Source: Armatimonadia bacterium (lineage in GTDB: Bacteria > Armatimonadota > Zipacnadia > Zipacnadales > UBA11051). From it: a stretch of DNA of 64,000 bases. Each line of letters begins with the position of its first letter. Position 1 is the first letter of the stretch. Below are positions 39,323 through 49,506 of this stretch, piece after piece. A program made the translations under genes and the position numbers. The stretch lies in assembly GCA_039683575.1 (NCBI GenBank), contig JBDKRC010000323.1:21920-85919 (forward strand), read 5' to 3'. The notes beneath the pieces are model-generated. The model was not told where the DNA came from and made no database searches. It saw only the letters and a list, made by a program, of their open reading frames with translations.

Positions 39323-39658
39323 ATGCCCGACAACCAACCGCAAGTCAGCAACGCCTTCCAGACCTTCCTCACCGAAGCGCCCGCCCATGCCGTTGCCTGG
39401 ATGCAGGCCGTCCACGGCCTCGACGAAGCCTCCGCCCTCGACCCCAAGACCGCCGAACTGGCCTACCTCGCCGTCCTCGCGGCCCTGCGCCTCGAAAGCG
39501 GCGTCCCCTTCCATGTCCAGATGGCCCGCCAACACGGCGCCACCCGCGACGAGGTTATCAGCGCCCTGCTCGTCGGCCTCCCCGCCGCCGGCAACGCTGT
39601 AGTCCAAGTCCTGCCTGCCGCCCTCGCGGCCTACGACGCCGTACCTGATGAGGAATAG
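39323..39658 (+). CDS. Carboxymuconolactone decarboxylase (CMD/AhpD-like) family protein
   Basis: SALDPKTAELAYLAVLAA...FHVQMARQHGATRDEV. Confidence 0.85.
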   Translation: MPDNQPQVSNAFQTFLTEAPAHAVAWMQAVHGLDEASALDPKTAELAYLAVLAALRLESGVPFHVQMARQHGATRDEVISALLVGLPAAGNAVVQVLPAALAAYDAVPDEE

Positions 39659-39664
39659 CACCCG

Positions 39665-41200
39665 ATGAGAATACTGACCGATCCTGACGCTCTCGCTGAA
39701 TTCGATACCGACGAAGCTGGCGGCTTTCACGCCGCCGGCCTCGAGGCCGTCTACCTGCCCACCTCCGCGGCCGAAGTCGCCCAGATCCTCCGCGACGCCA
39801 ACACCCGCAACCTCCCCGTCACGGTCTCCGGCGGCGGCACCGGCATCACCGGCGGCCGCGTCGCCACTTCCGGCGGCTGGGTCCTCAGCACCCGCGAACT
39901 GCGCAGCCCCGGACATTGCGACTTTGAACGCATCGAGCAGGAGCAGTTCGGCGAGCTCTTCACCATCTGCCTCGACCGCTCCAATCTGCTTGCCCGCGCC
40001 CCTTCAGGCATTACCCTCGAACACCTCAACCGGACCCTCCCCGGCGATCTGTGCTACCCGCCCGACCCGACCGAAGCCACCGCCACCCTCGGCGGCACCA
40101 TCGCCACCAACGCCTCCGGTGCCGGAACCTTCCACTACGGCCCCACCCGCGACTGGGTTCTCGGCCTCGAGGTCATCCTGCCCACGGGCGACCACCTGAG
40201 CATTCGGCGCGGTGAGGTCGTTGAAAGCGGCGGTACCCTCGCCTTCGCCTCCACCGAGGGCACCCACTACACCGTGCCCGTGCCCGGCTACAGGATGCCC
40301 GACTGCAAGAACGCCGCCGGGCTGTATGCCTGCTCCGGAATGGACCTCGTGGACCTCTTCATCGGCTCCGAAGGCATCCTCGGCATCGTCACCTCTGCCC
40401 TCCTCAAGCTCCACACCCGCCCGGCAGACGTGGCCAGCGAGATCGCCTTCTTCAGCACCGAAGAAGACGCCCTTGCCTTCCTCGCCGACCTCCGCGCCGC
40501 CGCCGCTGACGGCCTGCAGGTTCTCTCCCTCGAATACTTCGACGCCAATTCCCTGCGCTTCATGCAGCACCCGCAGGTCCGTGGCGAGTATGCCGCCGCC
40601 GTCTACACCGAGATCGTCGGCACCCTCGACGACATCGAGCCCCTACTCGAAGCCCTCGAAGCCCACAATGTCGCCCAGGACTGGTTCGCCGAGACTGAGG
40701 CGGATCGCAAAGAGCAGCGGGAGTTCCGGCATTCACTGCCAGAGGGGGTCAACACGTACGTCAGACGACGGGGGAGTCACAAAGTGGGGACAGACCTGGT
40801 CGTGCCCGCGGAGCATTTCCCGGCGATGCTCGCGCTCTATCACGAGGTGGGCGAGGAGTTCCGGCGCCGCTGCCCCCGCGAGGGCGAGCACTACCTGATT
40901 TTCGGCCACATCGGCAACTACCACCTGCACTTCAACTTCCTCGCCCACGACCAGCAGGAACTCGAAGTGGCCGGCGACCTCTACGCCCGCCTCGCCCGCC
41001 AGGCCATAGCCTTCGGCGGCACCATCTCCGGCGAGCACGGTGTAGGCAAGAAGACAATAATAGTGGACAACCAGCCCCTCCCGTACCTGCAGCTAATGTA
41101 CGGCGAAGAGGGCCTCAAACAGATAGCAGCCACCAAGCGCGCCCTGGACCCCAAGTGGCTACTGAACCCCGGCAACGTCATCCCAAGCCCTCAGACTTAA
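39665..41200 (+). CDS. FAD-linked oxidoreductase (GlcD/D-lactate dehydrogenase family)
   Basis: SGGGTGITGG, YPPDP...TLGGTIATNASG, FIGSEGILG, SGEHGVG, LDPKWLLNPG. Confidence 0.9.
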   Translation: MRILTDPDALAEFDTDEAGGFHAAGLEAVYLPTSAAEVAQILRDANTRNLPVTVSGGGTGITGGRVATSGGWVLSTRELRSPGHCDFERIEQEQFGELFTICLDRSNLLARAPSGITLEHLNRTLPGDLCYPPDPTEATATLGGTIATNASGAGTFHYGPTRDWVLGLEVILPTGDHLSIRRGEVVESGGTLAFASTEGTHYTVPVPGYRMPDCKNAAGLYACSGMDLVDLFIGSEGILGIVTSALLKLHTRPADVASEIAFFSTEEDALAFLADLRAAAADGLQVLSLEYFDANSLRFMQHPQVRGEYAAAVYTEIVGTLDDIEPLLEALEAHNVAQDWFAETEADRKEQREFRHSLPEGVNTYVRRRGSHKVGTDLVVPAEHFPAMLALYHEVGEEFRRRCPREGEHYLIFGHIGNYHLHFNFLAHDQQELEVAGDLYARLARQAIAFGGTISGEHGVGKKTIIVDNQPLPYLQLMYGEEGLKQIAATKRALDPKWLLNPGNVIPSPQT

Positions 41201-41311
41201 CAGGATGCACAGGATAAAGGCAAGGATGGTCAGGATGAAGACATCTGATCTATCCTTGCCTCTGTTATTGCCTCCATCCTGTCTATCCGGCCGTCATCCT
41301 GCCCATCCTGT
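41200..41311. repeat. ACAGGAT/ATCCTGT repeat cluster (family F)
   Basis: Several CAGGAT units followed by inverted ATCCTG units between convergent genes. Confidence 0.7.
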
Positions 41312-42474
41312 CAAGCTCTCCCAATAGCCATAGCCATCCCCATCCCGCCTCCGACACAAAGCGTCGCCAGCCCCAGCTTCACGTCCCGCCTCTCCATCTC
41401 ATATAGCAGCGACGTCACGATCCGCGCCCCGGTCGCCCCGATTGGGTGGCCCAGCGCGATCCCGCTGCCATTGACATTCACCTTCGCCTCATCCAGCGCC
41501 AGCTCCCGCACCACTGCCACCGCCTGCACCGCGAACGCCTCATTCAGTTCCACCAGCTCAAAGTCCCCAGCCGCGCAGCCGAGCTTCCCGCACAGCTTCC
41601 GCACCGCCTCCACCGGCCCCATCCCCATGATCTCCGGCTCGATCCCCGCATAGGCCGCCCCCAGGATCGTCGCCCGCGGCTTCCAGCCCAGCGCCGCCGC
41701 CTTCTCCTCGCTCGCGATCAAACACGCCGCCGCCCCGTCATTGATCCCTGACGCATTCCCCGCCGTGATACATCCGTCTGGCTTGAACGCCGGTCGCAGC
41801 CCCGCCAACGCCTCCAGCGACGTCGCCCGCGGGTGTTCGTCCACCGCCACCGGCTCACCCTTTTTGCGCGGTACCGGCACGATCTCATCCACAAACCGCC
41901 CCGCCGCAATCGCCGCCGCGGCCTTCTCCTGGCTCCCCAGCGCCCACGCGTCCATGTCCTCGCGGCTGATGCCGTACCGGCTCGCGATCTCCTCCGCCGT
42001 CAGTCCCATCCCCATCCCGGTCACCGAGCACGTCAACCCGTCCATGACGCCGTCTATCATCTCGACATTGCCCAGCTTCTGCCCCCACCGCATCTGCTTG
42101 ACCATGAAGGGCACATTGCTCATGCTCTCCGCCCCGCCGGCGATGTAGACCTCCCCCTCGCCGAGCATGATCCCCTGCCGTGCCATGTCCAGCGCCTTCA
42201 TGCCTGACGCACACGCGATGTTGATGGTCGAGCCGATCACCGACAGCGGCAACCCCGCCTTCAGCGCCGCCTGCCGCGCAATATTGATGCCGGACCCGGC
42301 CTGAATGACCTGCCCCATGAAGACCTCATCCACCACGTCGCCCGGTATGGCATTCCTCTCAATCAGCGCCTTCACCACATGCGCCGCCAACCCCGCCGCC
42401 GAATGCTCCAGCAGCCCTCCGCCGAACCGCCCAATCGGAGTGCGCACCGCGTCAATGATCATAGCCTTCGCCAT
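41311..42474 (-). CDS. Acetyl-CoA C-acetyltransferase (thiolase)
   Basis: [33 protein letters not shown]. Confidence 0.95.
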   Translation of the reverse strand: MAKAMIIDAVRTPIGRFGGGLLEHSAAGLAAHVVKALIERNAIPGDVVDEVFMGQVIQAGSGINIARQAALKAGLPLSVIGSTINIACASGMKALDMARQGIMLGEGEVYIAGGAESMSNVPFMVKQMRWGQKLGNVEMIDGVMDGLTCSVTGMGMGLTAEEIASRYGISREDMDAWALGSQEKAAAAIAAGRFVDEIVPVPRKKGEPVAVDEHPRATSLEALAGLRPAFKPDGCITAGNASGINDGAAACLIASEEKAAALGWKPRATILGAAYAGIEPEIMGMGPVEAVRKLCGKLGCAAGDFELVELNEAFAVQAVAVVRELALDEAKVNVNGSGIALGHPIGATGARIVTSLLYEMERRDVKLGLATLCVGGGMGMAMAIGRA

Positions 42475-42680
42475 CAGCCATCACTCCCAGTCCATTGGTC
42501 TGCTATAGGGGCGCACCGTGGTACGCCCGCGCCACTCGCCGCTTCGCCCCTGCCAATTCCTCCTCGCCCTCCCCAAACCTCCGCCCCACACGCCCCTGCC
42601 TCATCGCGAGCCGCCCCACCTCAACGCGTGGCAGGCACACCCCGTGTGCCGGAACTCCCGCCAGGTGTCACCTCCCCGCC

Positions 42681-42800
42681 AAAATGAGCGAGCCGACCTT
42701 GAAACAAGGCCGGCTCGCTCGGTGAAGCGTCAGATTTTGGTGTGTCCTATAGTGTATGCCTCCGTGTACCGCTTTTGCTGTGCTCGGAGCTGAGGATCCT
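42681..42800 (-). ncRNA. Candidate ~120-nt small RNA (or attenuated leader)
   Basis: Promoter TTGAAT-17 nt-TATAAA (42834-42806) and a strong terminal hairpin at 42686-42720 followed by ATTTT; no canonical ORF between them. Confidence 0.4.
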
Positions 42801-42897
42801 CACTATTTATATAGCCATATTACCCATCATTCAAACATGAATCTCATTGACCTCCTGCTTCCCTTTGCCCTATCGTTGCGAGCGAGGAGAGCATACC

Positions 42898-44226
42898 ATG
42901 GCCAACGACGCCTTCGACGTAATCATCATCGGCGCTGGCACTGCCGGCGTCGTAGCCGCGATTCAGTCTGCCCGCGCCGGCGCCTCAACTCTACTGGTTG
43001 AGAAGACCGGAATGCTGGGCGGCACGGTCACCACTGGCGGCGTGCCCAACCCCGGCCTCTTTCACGCCTGGCACCGGCAGATCATCGCCGGCATTGGCTG
43101 GGAACTGGTCCTGCGCACCCTCGCCGAGACCGGCCAGGCCCCGCCCGTCCCCCTCTGCGATCCCAGGCGCCACTCGCTGGACCACGTGCACGTGGACCGT
43201 TTCCTCTTCGCCGCGATCTGTGACGAGGCCGTCGTCGAGTCCGGTGCCGGGCTCCTGCTGCACACCATGGTCGCCGCCGTCGCCCCCGCCGGTGAAGGCT
43301 GGACTGTCACACTCTGCACCAAGACCGGTCTGACGACGCGCACGGCCAGGGCACTGATCGACTGCACCGGCGACGCCAACGCCGTGGCGCTGGCAGGTCT
43401 TCCCCTCGAGGTACCGGAGGAGACTCAACCAGCCACGCTGTCCTGCCACGCCGGCGGCTATGACGTGTCCGCGCTGGACACGGCGGCACTGAACGAGGCG
43501 ATGGAGAACGCGGTGCAACGTGGGGAACTGCAGTACACGGACTCGTCGTGGAACACCGCGCAGGCCAATGTGAGTAAGTGGCTGGCCAGCGGCGGCGAAA
43601 ACGCCAGTCACGTTCACCATATCAACGCGCGGGATAGCGAGGGGAAGACGAAACTGGAGCTAGAGGCGCGACGGGCGCTGCTGCGGCTCTACCGGTTCCT
43701 GCGCCAGCAGCCGGGCCTGGAGCGCCTGCGCCTCGAGCACATGGCCCCGGAGTGCGGCGTGCGCGAGACGGTAACGATACGAGGCAAGAAGATGATCACG
43801 GTCGGGGATTACACGTCAGGACGCCTCTGGGACGACGCCGTGTGCTACTCGTACTATCCGCTAGACCTGCACGTCTCCTCGGGCCAAGGCCTCGACGGTG
43901 AGCCACTGCCAGAGGGCGTGGTACCAACTATCCCCCGCGGGGCGATGCTCCCCGAGGGCAGCCGCAATCTCCTGGTGGCGGGCCGTTGCCTATCCAGTGA
44001 CAGGCTCGCGAACTCCGCGCTGCGCGTTCAGGCCACAAGCATGGCTACGGGGCAAGCAGCAGGGGCGATGGCGGCCTTAACAACCCAGACCGGCACCGAA
44101 GTCGAGGCGCTGCCGATGGAGGCAATCCATTCGCTACTGGCCGAGCACGCCGCAATCGTCCCGCCACACACCGCGGTCACTTCGCCACACACCGCGGTCA
44201 CTCCGCCGCACACCTTGTCATCCTGA
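42898..44226 (+). CDS. FAD-dependent oxidoreductase
   Basis: DVIIIGAGTAG, IDCTGDA, GVRET, NLLVAGRCLS...RV...MATGQAAG. Confidence 0.9.
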   Translation: MANDAFDVIIIGAGTAGVVAAIQSARAGASTLLVEKTGMLGGTVTTGGVPNPGLFHAWHRQIIAGIGWELVLRTLAETGQAPPVPLCDPRRHSLDHVHVDRFLFAAICDEAVVESGAGLLLHTMVAAVAPAGEGWTVTLCTKTGLTTRTARALIDCTGDANAVALAGLPLEVPEETQPATLSCHAGGYDVSALDTAALNEAMENAVQRGELQYTDSSWNTAQANVSKWLASGGENASHVHHINARDSEGKTKLELEARRALLRLYRFLRQQPGLERLRLEHMAPECGVRETVTIRGKKMITVGDYTSGRLWDDAVCYSYYPLDLHVSSGQGLDGEPLPEGVVPTIPRGAMLPEGSRNLLVAGRCLSSDRLANSALRVQATSMATGQAAGAMAALTTQTGTEVEALPMEAIHSLLAEHAAIVPPHTAVTSPHTAVTPPHTLSS

Positions 44227-44332
44227 GGAGCGAAGCGACGAAGGATCTAACCGCTAACCATCCGTACTCCCGCGGATTCTTCGCTTCGCTCAGAATGACA
44301 GGCCGCCGTTCCCCGTTCCCCGTTCCCCGTTC
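44216..44332. repeat. Family C inverted pair followed by a (CCGTTCC)x~4 heptamer run
   Basis: TGTCATCCTGAG...CTCAGAATGACA; tandem 7-mers at 44306-44332. Confidence 0.8.
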
Positions 44333-44354
44333 ACGTCCCCCCCCGCCTCTCCCC

Positions 44355-45956
44355 CTACTCCTCCAACACCTTCCGAAACCTCTGCAGATCCACCGGCCGC
44401 GTGCTTGTCCGCTCACTGCCCTCGCTGTCCTGGTACAGAAGATTATGAAACAGCCGCGACGGCGTCGACTCGGGGAAGTCCGTCCGGTAGTGCGCTCCGC
44501 GGCTCTCCTTGCGGTTCAGGGCCGCCCGCACGATGATGTCGGCCACCAGGATCATGTTCGCCCGCTCAAAGTCCCACCGGCACGGCTCGTCGCACTCGCT
44601 GATCGCTCCCCACAGCCGCGCCAGGTTCTTCAGCGCGTTGTTGAGGCTGTGTTCCGAGCGGATGATGCCCACGTCGTCCCACATCATCTCGCGGATTTCG
44701 CTGTAGACATCCCCCGCCACCGGCACCGGCTCAAAGCACTTCTGATCCACCGCTGTCACCACTTGCGGCGCTATCGGTTCCAGCTTCGCCATGGCCTTGG
44801 CGCAGCGCTTGCCGAACACCAGTCCCTCAAGCAGCGAGTTGGAGGCCAGCCGGTTGCCGCCATGGACGCCCGTGCAGGCGCATTCCCCGCAAGCATACAG
44901 CCTGCCCACTGAGGTTGCCCCGGTCAGATCGGTATCCACACCGCCCATTGCGTAATGGGCCACCGGAGATACCGGGATTGGCGACTCCAGCGGCTCAAAG
45001 CCGCGCCGCCTGCATTCGGCGATGATCCCCGGAAAGCGCTTGAGCGCCCTTTCCTCACCGATAGGGGTCCAATCAAGGTAGACAAAAGACTCGTCCGAGC
45101 GCTTCATCTCCGCCAGCACCGCCCGTGCCACCTCATCCCGCGGCGCCAGGTCCTTCTGCTCGTGGTAGCGGGGCATGAAGGCCACTCCCTCGGCATTGCG
45201 CAGGACCGCGCCTTCGCCGCGGACGGCTTCGGAGATCAGGAACTTGGGGGTTCCGGGGGTTGCCAGCGCCGTGGGGTGGAACTGCACGAACTCCATGTCC
45301 CGCACCAGCGCCCCTGCGCGGAAAGCCAGCGCGACCCCATCACCGGTGGCCACCGGCGGGTTGGTCGTGCGGCGGTACAGGCATCCCAGCCCGCCCGTCG
45401 CCAGGCACACGCCCCGCGCCATGAATCGCATGTTGCAGTTCCCGGCCAGGTCTCGTGCCTCTACTCCCACGCACTCCCCCTCCTCCACCAAGAGCCGCAC
45501 CGCCATGACCTCTTCATAGATGTCTATGCTGTCGTGGGCCTGTACGGCCTCAATACACGCCCGCTCCACCTCCGCCCCCGTCGCATCTCCATTGGCATGC
45601 AGTATCCGCCGCTGCCCGTGCGCCGCCTCCCGGCCGAGGAGCAGGTTGCCATCGTCGCGGTCAAACTTCGCCCCGCTGTCGATCAGCTCCGCGATCACCC
45701 CCGGCGCCTCGAAGGTCAGCACCTCCGCCGCTGGCAGATCCACCAGGCCCGCTCCTGCGGCGATGGTATCCTGGAAGTGGTACTCGGGGTTGTCTTTGGC
45801 CGAGAGGGCCACTGCGATGCCGCCCTGGGCATAGTACGTGTTGCTCTCGCGCAGCACGTCCTTGGTCAGCAGCGCGACCCGCCCATGCCTGGCGAGGTGC
45901 AGCGCAGTCCACAGCCCGGCCACGCCCGAACCGACTACTACGAAGTCTGTCCGCAT
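44355..45956 (-). CDS. nadB: L-aspartate oxidase
   Basis: SNTYYAQGGIA, EAAHGQRRILHA.GDATG, QFHPT, LISEAVRGEG, LAPRD, HGGNRLASNSLLEG. Confidence 0.92.
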   Translation of the reverse strand: MRTDFVVVGSGVAGLWTALHLARHGRVALLTKDVLRESNTYYAQGGIAVALSAKDNPEYHFQDTIAAGAGLVDLPAAEVLTFEAPGVIAELIDSGAKFDRDDGNLLLGREAAHGQRRILHANGDATGAEVERACIEAVQAHDSIDIYEEVMAVRLLVEEGECVGVEARDLAGNCNMRFMARGVCLATGGLGCLYRRTTNPPVATGDGVALAFRAGALVRDMEFVQFHPTALATPGTPKFLISEAVRGEGAVLRNAEGVAFMPRYHEQKDLAPRDEVARAVLAEMKRSDESFVYLDWTPIGEERALKRFPGIIAECRRRGFEPLESPIPVSPVAHYAMGGVDTDLTGATSVGRLYACGECACTGVHGGNRLASNSLLEGLVFGKRCAKAMAKLEPIAPQVVTAVDQKCFEPVPVAGDVYSEIREMMWDDVGIIRSEHSLNNALKNLARLWGAISECDEPCRWDFERANMILVADIIVRAALNRKESRGAHYRTDFPESTPSRLFHNLLYQDSEGSERTSTRPVDLQRFRKVLEE

Positions 45957-45969
45957 CACAGACAGGCCC

Positions 45970-46797
45970 TCAGTGCCCTGTTTGCAGAGGCTCATTCATG
46001 CTCCCCGATCTGAAGCCGGAAAGGTCCAGCGCCACATACGCGAACCCAATCTCTTTCAGCCGCTTCACGATCTCCAGCCGAAGCTCCAGCGCCCGCTCAA
46101 ACTGCTCCGGCGCCAGCTCCAGCCGCGCAATCTCTTCATGGTGCCGCACCCGCACCGCCCCAAAGCCCAGCCCCCGCAAGTACTCCTCCGCCTCCCCCAC
46201 CTGCCGCAGCCGCTCCGCCGTCAGCGGCGTTCCGTACGGTATCCTTGACGCGTAGCAGGCCATGCTGGGCAGGTCTGCCGTGGGCAGCCCCCGCCGCCGC
46301 GACAGCTCCCGGACCTCGGCCTTGTTCATCCCCACTTCCCTAAGCGGCGCCCGCGTCCCCAACTCCTCCGCCGCCCGGGACCCCGGCCGGTAGTCTACTG
46401 CATCGTCAATCTGCTCGCCATGAACGACCCAGTCCAGCCCCAGTTCCGCCGCCAGTTGCTTCAGACTGCTGAAGAACCCGAATTTGCAGTGATAGCACCG
46501 CTCTGGCGTGTTGGCGATGACCTGGGGGTCATCAAGCCCACGCTCAATGACGATATGCCGCACACAAAGGTCGCCTGCGACCCTCTTGGCCAGCTCCAAC
46601 TCTGAGGCCGGGAACATTGGCGAGGTCGCTGTGGCCGCTACTACTTTGTTGCCGAGCACCTCATGGGCCACCGACAACAGCAAGGTGCTGTCTACCCCAC
46701 CCGAGAAGGCCACCAGCACCCCGCCCATTTCCCGCAGCAGGTCCTTGAGGTGCCGGAGCTTGCCCGCAAGCTCAGGAGTAAGTGGAGCTTCGCTCAT
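45970..46797 (-). CDS. larE: ATP-dependent sulfur transferase, LarE family
   Basis: AFSGGVDS PP-loop, RCYHCK, DYRPG, ACYASRIPYG, GFRSGSMN. Confidence 0.88.
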   Translation of the reverse strand: MSEAPLTPELAGKLRHLKDLLREMGGVLVAFSGGVDSTLLLSVAHEVLGNKVVAATATSPMFPASELELAKRVAGDLCVRHIVIERGLDDPQVIANTPERCYHCKFGFFSSLKQLAAELGLDWVVHGEQIDDAVDYRPGSRAAEELGTRAPLREVGMNKAEVRELSRRRGLPTADLPSMACYASRIPYGTPLTAERLRQVGEAEEYLRGLGFGAVRVRHHEEIARLELAPEQFERALELRLEIVKRLKEIGFAYVALDLSGFRSGSMNEPLQTGH

Positions 46798-46984
46798 GAT
46801 TCGTCCTTCGGCAGAGAATCCGCGGGTATCATAGGTGACGCCGAAGGATGTGTCAACTTGACGAACGGCTGGTCTTCGTCAACATGGTAAGTAGCGCATA
46901 AAGTGACCCAAATCGTTACATTGGTTAAGTCGAGATGTTCATCCTGGGGCTGGTTCTGATTCATAAAGAGCCGCAAAACTTTCC

Positions 46985-47011
46985 TTAACATCGTGTTAAT
47001 CACGGTATACT
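46985..47011 (+). promoter_or_regulatory. Possible Pho-box-like direct repeat and -10 element
   Basis: TTAACA-N5-TTAATC (11-nt period) followed by TATACT in an AT-rich stretch. Confidence 0.4.
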
Positions 47012-47053
47012 ATGATTGTTACGTAAGACCCTGATCCTTGAAGTTGGGGGGCC

Positions 47054-47746
47054 GTGATGGCCGGTCGCATTCTGATTGTTGAAGATGAGCTAGCCGTATC
47101 CGAGGGCGTTAACTACGCCCTCGAGCAAGAGGGCTTTGAGGTAGCAGCCGCTGCCGACGGGCCGCAGGCCCTCGCGCGCTTTGAGCAAGATAGCCCGGAC
47201 CTGGTGATCCTCGACCTCATGTTGCCGGGGATCAATGGCTGGGACCTTTTCAATGCCTTTCGCCGCCAGCGGCCCCGTGTGCCCATTATCATGCTCACCG
47301 CCCGCGCCGAGGAGCCCGACCGGGTCGCCGGGCTGGAGATGGGCGCCGATGACTATGTCACCAAGCCCTTCAGCATGCGGGAGCTCGTGGCTCGCGTGCG
47401 GACCGTCCTGCGCCGCAGCCACTCGCATGTCGAGGCGCCCCCCGTCATACACCGGGGGGGCGTGAACCTGGATACCGAGCGGCATGAGGTGACCGTGGAC
47501 GACCGGCAGGTTCACCTGTCGCCGCGTGAGTTCGACCTGCTGGCCTACCTCATGCAGCGCGCCGGGCGGGTACGCAGCCGCGAGGACATTCTGCAGGGCG
47601 TATGGGGGCAGGAGGAGTATCTGGACGAGCGCACCGTGGATGTGCATGTGCGGTGGCTCCGGACCAAGATCGAGAAGGACCCTTCCAACCCGCAGCGCTT
47701 GCTGACCGTGCGCGGCGTTGGCTATAAGTTCACCGGGGCCCCATGA
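47054..47746 (+). CDS. OmpR/PhoB-family response regulator
   Basis: ILIVEDE, ILDLMLP, GADDYVTKPF, RTVDVHVRWLRTKIE, VRGVGY. Confidence 0.92.
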   Translation: MMAGRILIVEDELAVSEGVNYALEQEGFEVAAAADGPQALARFEQDSPDLVILDLMLPGINGWDLFNAFRRQRPRVPIIMLTARAEEPDRVAGLEMGADDYVTKPFSMRELVARVRTVLRRSHSHVEAPPVIHRGGVNLDTERHEVTVDDRQVHLSPREFDLLAYLMQRAGRVRSREDILQGVWGQEEYLDERTVDVHVRWLRTKIEKDPSNPQRLLTVRGVGYKFTGAP

Positions 47747-49506
47747 GACTCCCTCTTCGCTGGAAGATAGCTCTCGCTTTCACTGCCCTGTCGGCTTTCA
47801 TGCTGGCGGCGCTGTACCTGTACCTGCATGCCGTGACCATGCAGAGCATCACGGCCACGACTGAGCAGGGCTTGCTTGTCACCGCGCGGGTCATGGCCCG
47901 CCGACTGCCCCCGCCGCCGTGGAAGCCCTCCTCTGCTTTGCAGAGCCTCGCCAAGGAGCTTGACTGGACCTCTCAGACGCGACTGACACTCATCGATCCC
48001 GCAGGGAATGTCGTTGCCGACAGCCGCGAGGCCCCTGCCGGGATGGAGAACCATGCCAGCCGGCTCGAACGCCTGCGCGCCCTGAGTCAGGGGTGGGGCG
48101 TGGCCGTACACATGAGCAGGACCCTCAAGATGCCGATGATCTACGTGGCCCTCGCGGTGGACGCCGCCGGCGACGCGAAATGGGTACTGCGGCTGTCGCG
48201 GCCTGTGACAGAGGTGCAGGCTGCCTCCCAGCGGTTGCAGCAAGTCATGCTGGTCGCAGTCGCCATCGCCGCCGGGCTCGTGTGGCTGCTCAGCCTCGCT
48301 CTGGCGGGCAGTCTCACCCGGCCGGTCCGGCATCTCGTCCGCGTCGCACGGCGCATCAATAAGGGTGACCTGCAGGCCCGGGCGGAGCAGATGGACGACC
48401 CTGAATTGGGGCAGCTTAGCGAGGTCTTCAACTCGGCTCTGGACTCGCTGGCCACTCACGCCGCCACGGCCGATCGCGAGAGCCGCTACTACTCCGCCAT
48501 CCTGCAGCAGATGGGTGATGCGGTGGTGATAGTTGACCAGAGGGGGCACGTCGAGTTCATCAACCCCGTCTTCGCGAGGCTCTTCGGCGTGGAGGGGGAG
48601 ACAGTGCAGGGGCGGACGGCCGAAGAGATCACCCTGAACTACGAGCTCAGCTCGCTGCTCATGCGCGCGGTCGAGCAGAAGGCCGTCCAGCATGATGAAG
48701 TGCGGCTGCTCCATCCCGAGACGCGGCAACTGGCGACGATAGTGACGCCCCTGACCGATGATGAGGGAGCGGTCGTGGGAGCCATCGGCCTCCTGCGCGA
48801 TGTGACTGACCTGAAGCGGCTCGATGAGGTCCGCCGGGAGTTCGTCGCTAATGCGAGCCATGAGCTCCGTACCCCCGCTGCGGGCATCAAGGCCCTCGCC
48901 GAGGCCCTTGAGGTGGGGGCGCTACAGGACCCCGAGAAGGGCCCGCGCTTCGTGCACCAGATCGTGGAATCAGCCGACAGGCTGACCAGCATTCTCGACG
49001 ACATGCTAATTCTCACCCGCGTGGAGCGGGGCCAGGAGTTGCTTAACGTCACAAGGCTGAAGGCGGGGGAGGCGGTGGGCGAGGCAGTCAAGCAGATCGC
49101 GATACGTGCCGAGGACCGACACCTTCAACTGGAGGTCCAAGCCCCTGCCCAGGACACGCTGAGTGCCGACGCCAGGGGCCTGCACACGGTACTGCTCAAC
49201 CTCCTCGACAACGCGGTGAAGTACACGCCGGAAGGTGGAGCGGTGAGCGTCACAGGCCGCGCCGTGCCGGGCGGGTATGAGCTAGCCGTCACCGACACTG
49301 GCGTTGGCATTCCGCCGGAACACCAGGCGCGCGTCTTCGAGCGCTTCTACCGCGTGGACAAGGCGCGGGACCGCGCGACAGGCGGCACAGGCCTCGGGCT
49401 GTCGATTGTCAAACACATCATGGACTCGCACGGCGGCAAGGTGACCTTGCGCAGCGTCCCCGGCAGCGGGTCCACGTTCACGGTGTTCTTCCCGGATAGC
49501 GCGTAG
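47743..49506 (+). CDS. PhoR-like HAMP-PAS sensor histidine kinase
   Basis: MENHASR, EFVANASHELRTP, NLLDNAVKY, FERFYRVDKARDRATGGTGLGL. Confidence 0.9.
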   Translation: MRLPLRWKIALAFTALSAFMLAALYLYLHAVTMQSITATTEQGLLVTARVMARRLPPPPWKPSSALQSLAKELDWTSQTRLTLIDPAGNVVADSREAPAGMENHASRLERLRALSQGWGVAVHMSRTLKMPMIYVALAVDAAGDAKWVLRLSRPVTEVQAASQRLQQVMLVAVAIAAGLVWLLSLALAGSLTRPVRHLVRVARRINKGDLQARAEQMDDPELGQLSEVFNSALDSLATHAATADRESRYYSAILQQMGDAVVIVDQRGHVEFINPVFARLFGVEGETVQGRTAEEITLNYELSSLLMRAVEQKAVQHDEVRLLHPETRQLATIVTPLTDDEGAVVGAIGLLRDVTDLKRLDEVRREFVANASHELRTPAAGIKALAEALEVGALQDPEKGPRFVHQIVESADRLTSILDDMLILTRVERGQELLNVTRLKAGEAVGEAVKQIAIRAEDRHLQLEVQAPAQDTLSADARGLHTVLLNLLDNAVKYTPEGGAVSVTGRAVPGGYELAVTDTGVGIPPEHQARVFERFYRVDKARDRATGGTGLGLSIVKHIMDSHGGKVTLRSVPGSGSTFTVFFPDSA

